A stretch of DNA of 64,000 nucleotides, taken from assembly GCF_032062105.1 (NCBI RefSeq), contig NW_026937790.1, positions 1-64,000 on the forward strand, read 5' to 3'. A program made the position numbers and the translations under genes. Positions within the stretch are counted from its first letter, which is position 1. The number at the start of each line of letters is the position of its first letter. Below the pieces are notes generated by a model. It did no database searches, had not been told where the DNA came from, and saw only the letters and a program-made list of their open reading frames with translations. Origin of the DNA: Saccostrea cucullata (lineage: Eukaryota). Of this stretch, positions 1 through 12,675 are shown piece after piece.

Positions 1-317
1 CCGCCAAGCGGGGCCCTAATTAGCAATTGTACTTTTCTTTTTCGCAAGCGTATATACATAATCCCCTTTTCCTGGTCATTACCGTCTTCCTTGGAAGACG
101 GTATTGTATAGTTGAAGTTTCTGACAGTCTTCGGACTATGCACTTCCTCTCTTTTGTGATTTGTAGAAAATGCATGATGAGAAAATTTTCAATTATTTCA
201 TTGGTTGAAATGCTGTTCAAGGCAAGGGAGATAATTTTCTGATGATCTAATTTTCGTACGACTTAACAATTTTGCAAGATTTTCAATCTTAAAAAAATGA
301 CAAAACGAACAACAAAA

Positions 318-854
318 TCAAAGTACTCAGAAGTACAGAGAGCCGGGCTCATTTACAGAGTAGAATGGATTTCTTACATGAATCACGTTTATATTCCGAT
401 GAAAAAAATTATTTTAAAACTATCAATATAAATGATAAGACACTGACAGTGAGTTTTTCAATCCTAATACCACGGTCCGATTTTGTCAGAATCAGAATTA
501 ATCTGGTACCGCAGCTGAATGTAAACAAACAGGCCAGTCTGGTTCCCTCTCCTGCTTTACCTCGTATGTGTAGAGAACTACGGTAACACCGATTATCAAA
601 AATCCTTACGCTAATGAACTATGTTCTTACTTATTAAGTTTTCAAAGTCATTACTACTAATGTTTATTTTATATAGATAAAACTTCGTTTTATTTTTGTT
701 GCTTTATTTAGCGTTTGTATTATCTCAAAAGCGGTTGAGAGTATGAACTATATTTTTGCACGTAACTTTAAAATGGCGACTATGGGGTCAACATCCTGCC
801 TTGAACAGGATCACATAAGCCGGCAATTGCTCTTTGAGCAATAAGCCCGGCTAA
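318..854 (+). mobile_element. Non-autonomous Helitron-like element, 5' part (copy 1)
   Basis: Begins A|TCAAAGTACTCAGAAGTACAGAGAGCC (Helitron-type A|TC start). Near-identical inverted copy at 41647-42183; similarity stops at CCGGCTAA. Confidence 0.6.
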
Positions 855-1188
855 TCAGCAGTAATTAATTCCTAATAACATGTTTTTTTGTATAGCAATA
901 AATAAAAAGATCTCTTTAATTTCATTATAAATAAAATTTGATTTTAATTGCTTGCAAGCTTCATTTGTTATCATTCTTTTCTCCTTTCTTGTTTGAAGAA
1001 GGGAATGGAATCAGCCGAGGTTTGCCGAAAGCTCTCGGCCGTTTACGGAGATGACCGAGCGACAACCGTGGTAGGGCTAATGCCAGTAAAAAACTAATGT
1101 AGAAATACAAAATCAAGAAATTCAAAAGAATTATACGGCCTGATAGGTGTAGATCAGTTTACTGTTTAAGATTGGCTAAAGACGGCAA

Positions 1189-1928
1189 CAGACCTGCCTA
1201 TCCTTTTCGTTGCGAGGGTGTAATTTCAGTACATTTTTGGTGGAATTTCAGAGGTAAAAGCGTAATCAATAATGTTTTCCTATTTTGTTTTCACTATAAA
1301 TAATACTTTATTTTCTTTCAAAAAAAAAACGAAATTGTACATGACTAAAACGACTGGCATAACCTTTTCTTTTTCGAATCATTTATTGGCAAAAAAGTGT
1401 GGTAAATACCAGTATCGTATAACAAACTAAATTCAACCGTACACCCTTAATGAAGCATTTTGTCAATTTGTATCAGATCACTTAATTGAAGGCTAGCGTT
1501 TGCATGTTTACACAAATCTTATATCATAACATTGTACTTGATCTTTTTAACACTCACATTTCTCTATCTTGTTCTAAGCAATGTGAAAGTAAACTAAATT
1601 GAGCATAGAAATGGCTGTACTAATCGCAATTTCATTTAATAGTTAATGTATGTAGTGCCTTCTCGTCTTCTTTCGAATCTTCGCCATACCAGTTTACATG
1701 TAACTACTACGTATATTACGTACAATACGAACCGGTCCTCTATTAATTACTTTTATATAAGCTTCATTTCAATTCAGAAGGTCGTACTTTAACTGTAAAT
1801 TTAGTCGTTCATAGCGGATTTTAAACCAAAATATCAAAAGCGTAAAATTAATATAAGTGGCGTAATAGCGTAATTATGTGGTAAAAAGCGAAAGAATTAC
1901 GCCAAAAGCGGAAGGGTAGGCAGGTCTG
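1189..1928. mobile_element. hAT-like MITE with 6-bp TSD
   Basis: TIRs CAGACCTGCCTA...TAGGCAGGTCTG. CGGCAA is duplicated at 1183-1188 and 1929-1934. Subterminal GCGTAA repeats. Confidence 0.8.
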
Positions 1929-2648
1929 CGGCAAGCTTTTTTAAAAAGCTCTACTTGTTGAACTATATACTTACAGTAGCCTACTGATGACACCGTCAAA
2001 TGAATAAGATTTTTATTAATTTTTTAATATTTTTGAAACGTATCTGAAATTATTAGACACCTAATAACACTTCCATTTCATAAGACTGAGTAATTGGAAA
2101 TAATTTAATTGGATATCTACCACGTATAACCGATACACAGAGGAATGGAGGAAATTCGGATTGGAAAAAAAGACGATCGTTTTAAAGATTTCACAAATCA
2201 TGTAGTACTGGTAAATGGATTAGATGAAGGATATTTATGAACAAAAGGACCATGTTTCTTTAATTTATTTAATTGATTGGAATTTTTAAAGCAAAAAACA
2301 TGGGGTAAGCGTCTGTTTTTAGTTAGGGGACTGGAATGGTCCTGCAGATTTTTAGCCTACTTCGCCACGTTGGCGAAAAAGTCATAAATTTTATGAGCCC
2401 ACAGCAAAATTTACTCATGGTTCCTGTAAGCACTTCTTCTTCGTGTTAGTTGGCTAGTATCAGAAGCAAACGTCATTTCCTTTCATTAGGAAGAAATAAA
2501 TTCTAAACTAGAAATGGATAATATTCTGGAATGTACTTTATTAGAAGTATGTTTCCGATGATCGATTATGAAAAAATATAATCGATCATCGGGATCGGTA
2601 GCATTTTTTCGTGGACAATCGATGTTTTCTGATTATCGGTACAACACT

Positions 2649-4110
2649 ACTTGCCGTGGCCTTCAACTTGACATTTAGATATATCGATGACGTATTGTCA
2701 ATTAACAATGGTAATTTCAATTCCTACATGTAGGTCGATACGATTTATCCTGGTGAGTTTGAGATAAAAGATACCACCGAGTCTGACACATCTGTTTTAC
2801 GAGGGGTTATCAAAAAGTTCGTGGACTGAGGCTATAAAATTAGTACTATGTAGTCTGTGCTTTCAAAATTTATACGGAACATAAAACAACACAAAATAGA
2901 GAAATGTTGAAAAATTTAGCCTGATACGTTCATTATTTGCCAAATTATTATAAAATGAAAACAACATTATATGATCACCCGGCGCTATCGTCGTTTATTC
3001 TCATGACGTCCGATAACGTCATTGTTTTTTCAATGTCATCTTATTCTACCTCACACATTTTTTGATGAGATTCCCTGGAGATGAGTTAGGACTTAAACCC
3101 GCCTTGTTTTTATGCCTTTACAATGTCATTAACAGTGGCCTTTAATGAATATAATATTCCAGATGGACTAATACATTGGGAGAGATCCGCGCTTGATTGT
3201 GCCGACATATTTTGCTTTTGGGAGTTCAATATCTACAAGACATGATCAACGTCATTTTTGACGGGATTGATTTTTCACACCTTGACTGCAAATCGACATT
3301 AACTGTGTATCCCTTTACTCTCTGAATCCTTTTTGACATTAAAAGACAAGTACTCTGGATGCATATTATTTCTCTGTAGCCAGTTTCAACATATTTTAGG
3401 TCTATACTATTTTTTACAGGGGCAAAACTTTATATAATGTTGGAAACGGAAACCCCTCCCCCCTTTTGACGTCATTTTCAAGGCCTCATTTGTTTAGACA
3501 TTCCGTGTAAAATTTAGGATAAAATTTCATAGAACTTCCAGAATGAAGTGAAAATTTCATATTTTCTAGAACAATTATGTCTCGACACATACCTGAATTA
3601 ACGGGATTTTTGGATAACAAATATTCATATCAATTGAGTTTTTCTCAGATACACATAGGTCGAAAAAACGTTGTTTTCGAGGTTGCGCCGCTTTGACATA
3701 CCATTGCTTACAAAAATATTACTAACTTATAAAAAAATAAAATTCATGACTTGTGGTTTATTCTTTGGATAGAAAAGATGATGCTTACTAGATATTTCAA
3801 AATTCATTGATGTACCTTGAGCGGTTTTAATTTTATGGCGCTAGTCCACGAACTTTTTGATAACCCCTCGTATACTTGGATATTTTACTTGAAAAAGACA
3901 TTAATGGTAATCTAACAACCAAGCTCTATGATAAACGTTTCTATCGTCAACTTCCCTTATTATGCAGCAATATACTTTCATCACCTGCATACGAAGATTA
4001 TATATCTCAGTTGATTCGATACGCGAGAGCATGCTCTACGTATGAACAATTTCTAAAACAAGGTAGATCTATATTATTGATAAACAAGTTGATAAAACAA
4101 GAATATTTCG
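2649..4110 (+). pseudogene. Penelope-like retroelement RT fragment, interrupted by a MITE
   Basis: Translates LAVAFNLTFRYIDDVLSINN...EIKDTTESDTSVL|YLDILLEKDINGNLTTKLYDKR...YISQLIRYARACSTY once 2800-3870 is removed. YIDD RT motif; frameshifted. Confidence 0.8.
2800..3870. mobile_element. Tc1/mariner-type MITE
   Basis: 28-bp TIR CGAGGGGTTATCAAAAAGTTCGTGGACT with TA on both sides (2798-99, 3871-72). Removing it restores the PLE reading frame. Confidence 0.9.
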
Positions 4111-6068
4111 GGAACCTGTGTTGCGTTCTTGATGTCATGAAGGACGGCCTCCACTGCTTCAAATGAATAGGGATTTTTTTTTATTGATGATTTTGAAGAA
4201 AAATCCCCGGTCTTCTGTTTCTTTCTACTGTCTGTAAGAAGAGAATCGATGTGATCTTTGGAGCCTTCATCTCCAGAAACATTTTGCTAACAACAGCAGA
4301 AATTCTGTCGTCAATAAATTCTCTGTATTTTCTAAAAAGAGGGAATAACTGGACCAAGAAGATGTTATAGAATGAAGAGGAAGTAAATCCTCGGTGTAGA
4401 GCCACTGTCTTGGAGACAAGCAGGGAATTTCTTACAGTCGTACAAGAAATAGAAAAGAAGTGAACGACAGTAGTAATTGTGCAAAGTATACCTTTGCATC
4501 GAAATGAATTGTTGTCAAAAAAACGTGATGTCATTGAATGATGGTACAGTACCCTCTTCCTTGGAATGGTCAGAGCGTGCACCATGTTGGCGTTTGCCAT
4601 AGAGAATACATGTATATACTTTGATAAAAAAAATCTTGTTCTTCCATTTTCTTTTGCAAAGAACCTTCTGACATATTATTATCTATGCTAAAACAAATAC
4701 GTTTGTAGTTTAAATTCCTCATGTGTTCCAGTAGGTTCTTATTACACCATTCTAAACTGAATTGACAGAGGAAATATCTGAAATGTCACAATTTGGTATA
4801 GACAGTAAAAACGTAAGCACAAGACTGTTTCTTCTGGTAACCCAGTCCCAAATGTTAACTGATGTTAAGACATTTTCTTTCTTATAGTGTTTGAATATCT
4901 GAACAATCCGTATAAATATTGGAAATTTCACACTCGACAACTGCTTTCAACAACTTTTGTAAATCGATTTTGACACTTTGATGCTTTTTATCATTTGTAT
5001 CATTTCGGATCCTCAACTTTTTCATTAGCTGGCTGTTCGGCGTGGTTTGCACAGCCAGTGCACAAGTGAACAGCTCTATCATACAGATTACCAGCTGACT
5101 GAAGTGCTTCCACAACACATTTTTAAAATTTGTTTACTGCAAATTTTGTACACTTTTATTTTAACGTTAATATTGATATCATCATGTATTTTGCAACCGC
5201 ACACTGGTGCATGGCATTTTCTGCAAGAGGTCGCAATTTTCACATATTCAATCTTCTATATACAAAATTACCAATATAACGGGAAAGGGTGCGTATTCTT
5301 TTATTTTGCTAAAACATTGAAGCAAGCATTTTTAAATATGTACTTTAACACCAATTTAAAAACGATTATATGAAGTATATAGTATTACGCAATTCTAATT
5401 ATCTGATTAAACTTAATTTTTTGACATTCTTTAAAGTACATAAATGTACCTGTATTCAGACAGAATATTTATAATCATACCTTTGAGTAACTGCAAAAAA
5501 GGCCATCGACTTTTTTAAATACACATTGAGTACCAATACACTTGGTTACATGTAATATATTCAAATTTTCAACAATATTTTCATTTAAATTATTCATAAA
5601 TTTCTTGTAGCGCCATATGAAAGGTACACATCTCGAAAATTATATTAATACGACAGACAGATCAGGTGCATTATTTCTTTTAAAGGATTCAAATAATCAT
5701 ATAAAAAACTCATGTAACAATCTTTAGTGAATGGAGTAAATCATTGAAGCATTTAGTACATTTTAAATTAGTCTCATTAAATCTCGCATTATTTGATTGG
5801 TCGCATCGAAAAGAACATTCAAATTTATTTTGATTTTTTTTATGAATTCATCCTTCCCTCATAATCTCTCTCTGTCAAAACAAGTATTTGTGTTTAAAAT
5901 GTAACAAAATATATTGCAGGTTCTAGTGATATTCCCCAAATCAAGATGGACATTCAAATATTTGTATCCACAAGAAATATAATGTGAAAAAAGAGGAAAG
6001 GACGGTCATATTTTAGTATATTTTAATTTTCTATAAAATCCTGTATACATGAAACTGTGACGTGAAAA

Positions 6069-6266
6069 TGATTGATTGATTGTATACTGCTTAACGTCCC
6101 TCTCCAGAATATTTCACTGATATGGAGACGTCACCATTGCCGGTGAAGGGCTGCAAATTTGGGCCTATGATCGGCACTCAGGGCCATTGAACAGGGAGGG
6201 ATCTTTATGGTGCCACACCTGCTGTGACACGGGGCCTCGGTTTATACGGTCTCATCCGAAGGACCA
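6069..6266 (-). mobile_element. Meta-domain-type SINE, 3' part
   Basis: Reverse complement of the 63025-63287 copy: CCGAGGCCCCGTGTC..GGCAC..TAAAGAT core, GGGACGTTAA and (CAAT)n tail. Confidence 0.7.
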
Positions 6267-7063
6267 TGAAAATGATGTATTTTCTATTAATCCTAGTACC
6301 AGTAAAGGTCCTATTCTGCAGCTCCAACCGGAAAATTGTGGCGACTCCATTTTAGTGAAAAAAATAATTGAACAAATTAAAGTTAAACAACAAGCAAAAA
6401 CGAACCATTTTAGGTTAGACGGTATTGCGCTTACTCCGTAATCCCTTTCTTCATTTTAGATCTCTATGATACATGTATATTTAAACCGAGTCTTTTATGA
6501 CGGCATGCATAATTAGGATTAAGGAAATGATTACTGGGGAAAATTCAACATAAGAAGTCCTCGACAGGGACATTGAGGTCTCTGAGTGAGAAATTTTTGA
6601 AACAACTTAACATAAAATGTAATAAATTCGGTCATATTGAAAATGTGTCAATTTTTATGTCAGTTTTTGATTAACATACATGTATGCGCAGAAAAATCAG
6701 TGAATGAAGTTCGTTTCTATATAGGACCTGCATGACATGTATATGACGTCAATTTCAATTGCAAGAATTTTTTTCAATATCAATTAATTCGGTCGCATTT
6801 AAAATTATTGTCATATTTTGTTTTTATTTTAGATAATGTGTAAACACTGAATAGAATTCAGATTTCTCTATATGTTGTAGAACTTGACACGTATAATTGT
6901 ACTCAAATTTTATTCAAAGACTTTCTTTAAATAACAAACAATCCATTCATTCACATTTAAAAAAAACCCATCATAAAACATTTCTTGCATTGCATATTCT
7001 TAGATATGGTCAGTATAATTATTTAAAAAAAAACTCCACTATGCATGTAAAACTCAATTTTAA

Positions 7064-7108
7064 TTATTTATTTATTTATTTATTTAATTTATTTATTTAA
7101 TTTATTTA
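7064..7108. repeat. (TTTA)n microsatellite just downstream of the lectin stop codon
   Basis: Imperfect TTTA run read directly. Confidence 0.8.
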
Positions 7109-7117
7109 ATCTATTAG

Positions 7118-10100
7118 TCAACTATTGCTTTGAGCATGTTCACACACGTAAGCATGCGCCTCCCCACATTTTCTGTCGTACCACAATCCGTCGTTCTGCT
7201 TTTGTATGGCACAGTTAAGAGTTCCTTTTGAATCATTTGGCTCCCCTGCAGCCCAGTAGGTAACGGCCCACGGGCTGTTGTTGTGAATCCATGTCCACCT
7301 TCCTTCGGTCACGTGATCTGTACCTCCAAGCCAGATATCGTTTGCTGAAAAAAAAAGACACAACAGACCTATAATATGTACAAACAACGTCTCATTTACA
7401 CCTTGGCATATCCTTCCTAGTCTACCGTTAAGCAGGAAGTCCCTCTGTGTCTTTCAACAATTTTCAAAACGTTTCTCCTCCTAGCGTTTTGATCCGAAAA
7501 TTATATGCATTGATGTCGGATTTTCCCGTTATTTCTTGATCATTGCAATGAGCACACAGCAACCCGTCGGCAGGGGGTGCTCATTCCTCCATGAAACCTG
7601 ATCCCACATCAATTTTAGAAGTCCGTGTTTGCTCTTCTCTTAATTTGTATACTTTAGCTTTTTAATACCAATTGTTACGCAATCATATACACTCTTGCAC
7701 CTAAAAACTTTGTTTTTAGCAGTTCGTGTTTGATCTGTTTCAGATTGTATTGCTTTAAATACTGTCCGATTTTTCCAATATTTTATAAGAACACAAGAAG
7801 ACTTTACTTAGATATATACTTATGTATCGATTTTTCCTCTTTTTGTTTGTAGACTATAGATAAAACATAATTTCTATTCAGTGTTTTTTTTATCTCAAGA
7901 AACAGATTACTTACTCTGGATATCAATTAAGTTGGTTTTTACCCATTCGTATTCAGCAATTGTTTCTAACGCCAGGAGATAGGAATTCTGTTCCTGACAT
8001 TTGATCTGGAATATTGGAAGGAAAAACACTTTTTTTTGGTCTATAATCGTTTAACAATGACAAGCTTGCACGTAACAACGATCTCAATGTAAGCAGTAAA
8101 AGGGTGGTTGACTCAAAAAAGTCTTGACAACTAGGGCTACTTCAAGAAACTTTATTGTAGCATATACCTAACTCAGAAAAAGGTAAGGGGGAGGCTCTGC
8201 ATTTAAAATGTGTGATATATTAACTAGAGTAACGAAAACAAGAAAAACCGGTAGAGGAAAACGTAAATTCTGCAAAATAACTGAATATGTATCTCTTTCT
8301 ATATTGAGATTATGCTATATTTTCAGTCATAGTTTTGTAGATTTTAATAGACAGCGTTTGCCGTCGAAGCCGAAGTCATGGCGGGTTTTAATAAACGGTC
8401 AATAAATGGCAAAAACATTATACATGTATTAGGTCATCCGTAAAAGTTCAATTATATCATATTGTAAACTAATAAATACACTCACCTTTGATTCTTGAAA
8501 TGTCAATTTTGTTGGGAATAATTTATAAAAGTGGTTCCCATACCTTAACCAACCTACAGATAATTAAATTTTATGAAATTGAACTCGCAAGTCGAGCGTT
8601 TTTAGTATGAATTTTTAACTTCAATCATGTATTACCTCTAATAATTTACAAAATATTCAAATTCATATACAATAAAACCTTGTTGTCTAACTTAAAAATT
8701 GAATAACCCAGGCTTTCAGATTATGAGGTTAAAATACCTACATGTATTTGATAACTTGAATTAAACTTTGTTGTTGACTAAATGTATACCACAGTCTAAG
8801 TCTGATTTCCATTGACCATTATACTGACAGATCAATTGACCGGTTCCTGATTGGCTGCCGGTCTCCAAACACTGCGCAGACATTCTTCTCTGGAAACCAA
8901 TGGCGTCCCATCGCTTAAGGCTATTTATATCTGCACCAGGTATATTGGGAAATCCACAATCTGTTGAGTAATCAATATTGTAATTAACTTGCAACAAACA
9001 TACTCTTATTTTAGGATCGGTAAATGGGGTATATTTTTTAAAACAATTTATGTTCTATGATAAATACCAAGGATTTTGAGAATGTCTGTTTGCTTTCCTT
9101 AATTTTAAACTTGATAAATAAATACGTTTTTGTGTTCAGGAAAATTTATTTTTGATAATCATTAAATCTCTATAAAAGTTGAGTTCCATTAAAATAGAAA
9201 TTGCATTTTGTTCGGCTTGATTACTGAAGTGTACGCTTAAGATGACTGATTTCAGATAAGAACCAGTTTGTATATCGAACAGTATGACGAATATGCATTT
9301 AAAAATTAAATCAATAACAATTTATTTCTTCTAAGAATTTAAAATACAATTTTTTCACCTTTTCTAAAGTTTTATTTTTGATAATACATGAACATGTATT
9401 TATGAGGTCGAAAAAAAACCTGATCATTGTAATTTATTTATTTTTTTTTTTTAGTTATTTTTTTTTGGGGGGGGGATTTGTTTTCTTTTTTTTACGCCGG
9501 ATCGGCAATACAGTGTATATCAGCTATATTTCGGCGGGACATTGTAGTTTAAATACAGATTGAAATGTATATAAAAGGAAGATATTTGTATACTTAAAAA
9601 AATTCATGTTTAAATATGAACCTTTCCACACGAACCTCTTCAACGGACTAAATTTTAAAATGTAAAAATTAATATTTACCTGACAATATACAGACAGTTA
9701 TCACGGTAAAAATGGATGTGCATTTCTGATTGATCTCACAGTTAGACGCAGAACAATGTCCATCGGGTTCCTAAAACACATAAACATGTATGTACATTTA
9801 TATAACTTGAAGATCAGTTTTTATATTTGCTGAGTGGCTATTTCATTTTTGAATGGGGTGGAGTGATGGTAAGAAATTTGTATTCCTCCTGGTTATGTAT
9901 AAAAAGAGATCGGTCAGCATCCGGAGCCTTTTGGATATTTGCGATTTCTTTATTAATTGTAGCAACATTTCTATATTGGTCAGTTTTCCGTTAAAAGAGT
10001 TATTTGATTGAATATACCGTAAATCTGAAAATTTTTGCTGTAGATAAATTTTTAGCAAATTTGCGAGTTCTTTGTATTCGCAAAAATATTTTTCTTAAAA

Positions 10101-10595
10101 ATAAAATACCAATTAGAAAATGTAAACAAAGCAGTGGTAATTTGCAAAATTTTGAAACGTAAAAATTAATCAACTCTATTTTGACCTGAATTCGCAAAAT
10201 AAAATCGACGGAAAAATTTCCAGATTTACAGTAATTACATGTATTGAGAGATTTATTTTACACTGCATTACCTGATTCCAGTTCTCCTCCCTGTCACTAT
10301 AGATCCACCCAATACTCCGAATGAATTTATCTGGAGCAGTAACTCTGTTTTCAAAATTTATTTCGCAATAATTACCTCCCCTGTAATAACCGACAGATTT
10401 ACATCTTTTTGTTCTTGCACATTCGTCCATACAATCCCAAATACTGTAACCAGTAAAGGAATCTATCATGGTCCTATCCAACCTGTAGCCATGTTGAACT
10501 TTTTCTAACCATATCTTAACATTGGCGGTGCACAGTATGTTGAATTCGGTTAAAACATACATTAATTTAAAAAGATTTGGAATAAATCTTGCCAT
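7118..10595 (-). CDS. Multidomain lectin, probably secreted: PAN/Apple + Cys-rich + sushi/CCP + C-type lectin domain (~323 aa, 6 exons)
   Basis: Exons 10272-10595, 9680-9770, 8790-8960, 8486-8553, 7915-8005, 7118-7344. All GT-AG and phase-compatible (972 nt). PAN-like DCMDECARTKRCKSVGY..CEIN; sushi-like CGFP..C..C..GQW...C; CTLD WLGGTD, EPN, WYD..C...YVCE. Confidence 0.85.
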
Positions 10596-10635
10596 TACGT
10601 ATACAATGCACTGAAATGTGTGTTGATGCGTGTAC

Positions 10636-10668
<33 letters not shown>

Positions 10669-12675
10669 CAATCAAAGTAGTAAAAGTTTGTGCTAATGTG
10701 GAAAACAATTCATGAATTATGAATATTTTAATTATGTTTTTAAATAAAAAAAGTTTGAAGAAAGAGCATTTTAAAAGTCACTTCGGATTATGCGCATTTA
10801 GATCAATACTTTTACATTGTAACCACAACGACGTGTAAACTTCTAACAAATGTTCGACCACCGTGCAATGTTTATTCAGCTTGAACCGAATACTTGTCTT
10901 TAAAGAAATAGAGGATTTTTAAAATAGATTATAGATTTTTTGCTACCTATTATACGTAAATATAGAGTTAAGTCATGTATTTTATTAATAAATTATATTT
11001 TTTGTTGTTTTTATTAAAAACGTTTATTTATTTATTTTAATACATTCATCAAAGATCTAAAGTTCGCAGACTTCCTGGCCTTCCACTGGAAATATCGTTT
11101 ACTCGCCGAAGTTAGAGAAAAACAGTGTTAAGAAAATGTTAAATACTAAAACTGATCAAGCCTAGGCTTTTCAGTAGAAAATTTTATAGATTTTGCAAAT
11201 ATGACCTACTTCAATGTCAGACATGTAAAGTCCCAAGAACAATCGAACTTTTGAGAAAGGTGGAAATCTGTGATATTTTACACAAATTCTTAGACAGAAA
11301 GATTTGTTGGCGAAACAAAAAGTATTTGGGGGGAAGGCCTATAAGAAGTCACACAAATCTATACATATAGGCATTAACATAACGAAAAATTGTGTACGAA
11401 AAGTCCATGATTCCTAGATATTTTCAATTATAAAAAATAGAAAATAAAATCCGCCAACCCGCCCTAAATTTTTTAGCAAATTGGGATGAGAATCTAAAGA
11501 TTAATTCTATCTGGCCTTACTGCAACAGGTTTAATAACAAGGAAAAACATTGTTGAACAAAACAGTTCAATAACATACACAAAGCACCGCGTTTTCGCAA
11601 TCCGATAAAAATTAGAAAAATCAAATTGAGACAGATCATAACGAAAAGCAACTGCTTAAATCCTAATAAACGGATTCCCGATTTCATAATAGCAAAACGT
11701 GAGACGTATTTTGGAATCGGCATCCGTACAAAATACGGCGAATAAGTAAGAGTAAACAGGTCTGCACTTGGAGCATTTCGGATTGTTCGTACCTCGCACA
11801 CTAACCTCTATCTTTGCTAGTAAATGGTTTCTGATACGTTGCTCCCCCCATACACCTCTACACATTCAATACATGTAACAGTAACGAAACCATGATTTAG
11901 ATTTTTTGGATTATTGAAGTCGACTTTGTTTAAATATAGTGATCACTTTGACACAATAATGAATAATGGTATTTGACCTGGCTTTGACTTAGTACTAAAG
12001 CAAAAGCTATGATATTTTGATGTGCTATAGTTAAATTAAGAAGTTAACAATTATTCTTTTTTGTATCTTTTTAATGTGTATTATTTTTTCTGAGAAAAAA
12101 AATGATATGGACATATCAGCTTGAAAAAATGACATCAACAAAATAGATAAATTTAAACAAAACTGTTCCCAATTAACTGATTTTTTAAAGAATATTTAAT
12201 ATGTTAAAGTTAAGGAGACATATTTATTCCAATATGTCTGAGTAAACATATTTTTAACGTCAAAATAATGTCTTAGTACAGTGTATATGAGACATATAGA
12301 AATGAACATTAGTCACTAAATCTGAACTCGGTAAATATGCTACCAAATCTTCTTTCTTTAACATAAGAAATCCAATGAAGTTTTAATCTTATTTTTAATG
12401 TTGTTGAACAATGTTTATTCTCACATTCTCAGACTGTTATATAAACTTATTACAAAACATTTTAAAAAAGAAGAAAATAGTATCGTGAAAGACTTTTCCA
12501 ATTTAATTTAAAGAAAATTTTTAAAACATACTTACATAAACTTAATACCTTATTATGAACAACAACAAGAATTCATCATACATGTACTTTATTTTAGACC
12601 CTGTTTGTCAATTGTTTGTGTTCAATATTTCTACAGTATTGATACATGTATATACATTTTTTTTTAATTTATAGT

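Noticed and set aside
4752-5118. Two overlapping short ORFs as a small gene or pseudogene
   Set aside because: No recognisable domain or consistent frame/splice model.
7555-7650. Short PLE-3'-like repeats (also ~32100-32195) as hammerhead retrozymes
   Set aside because: No CTGATGA..GAAA hammerhead core with pairing stems found in them.
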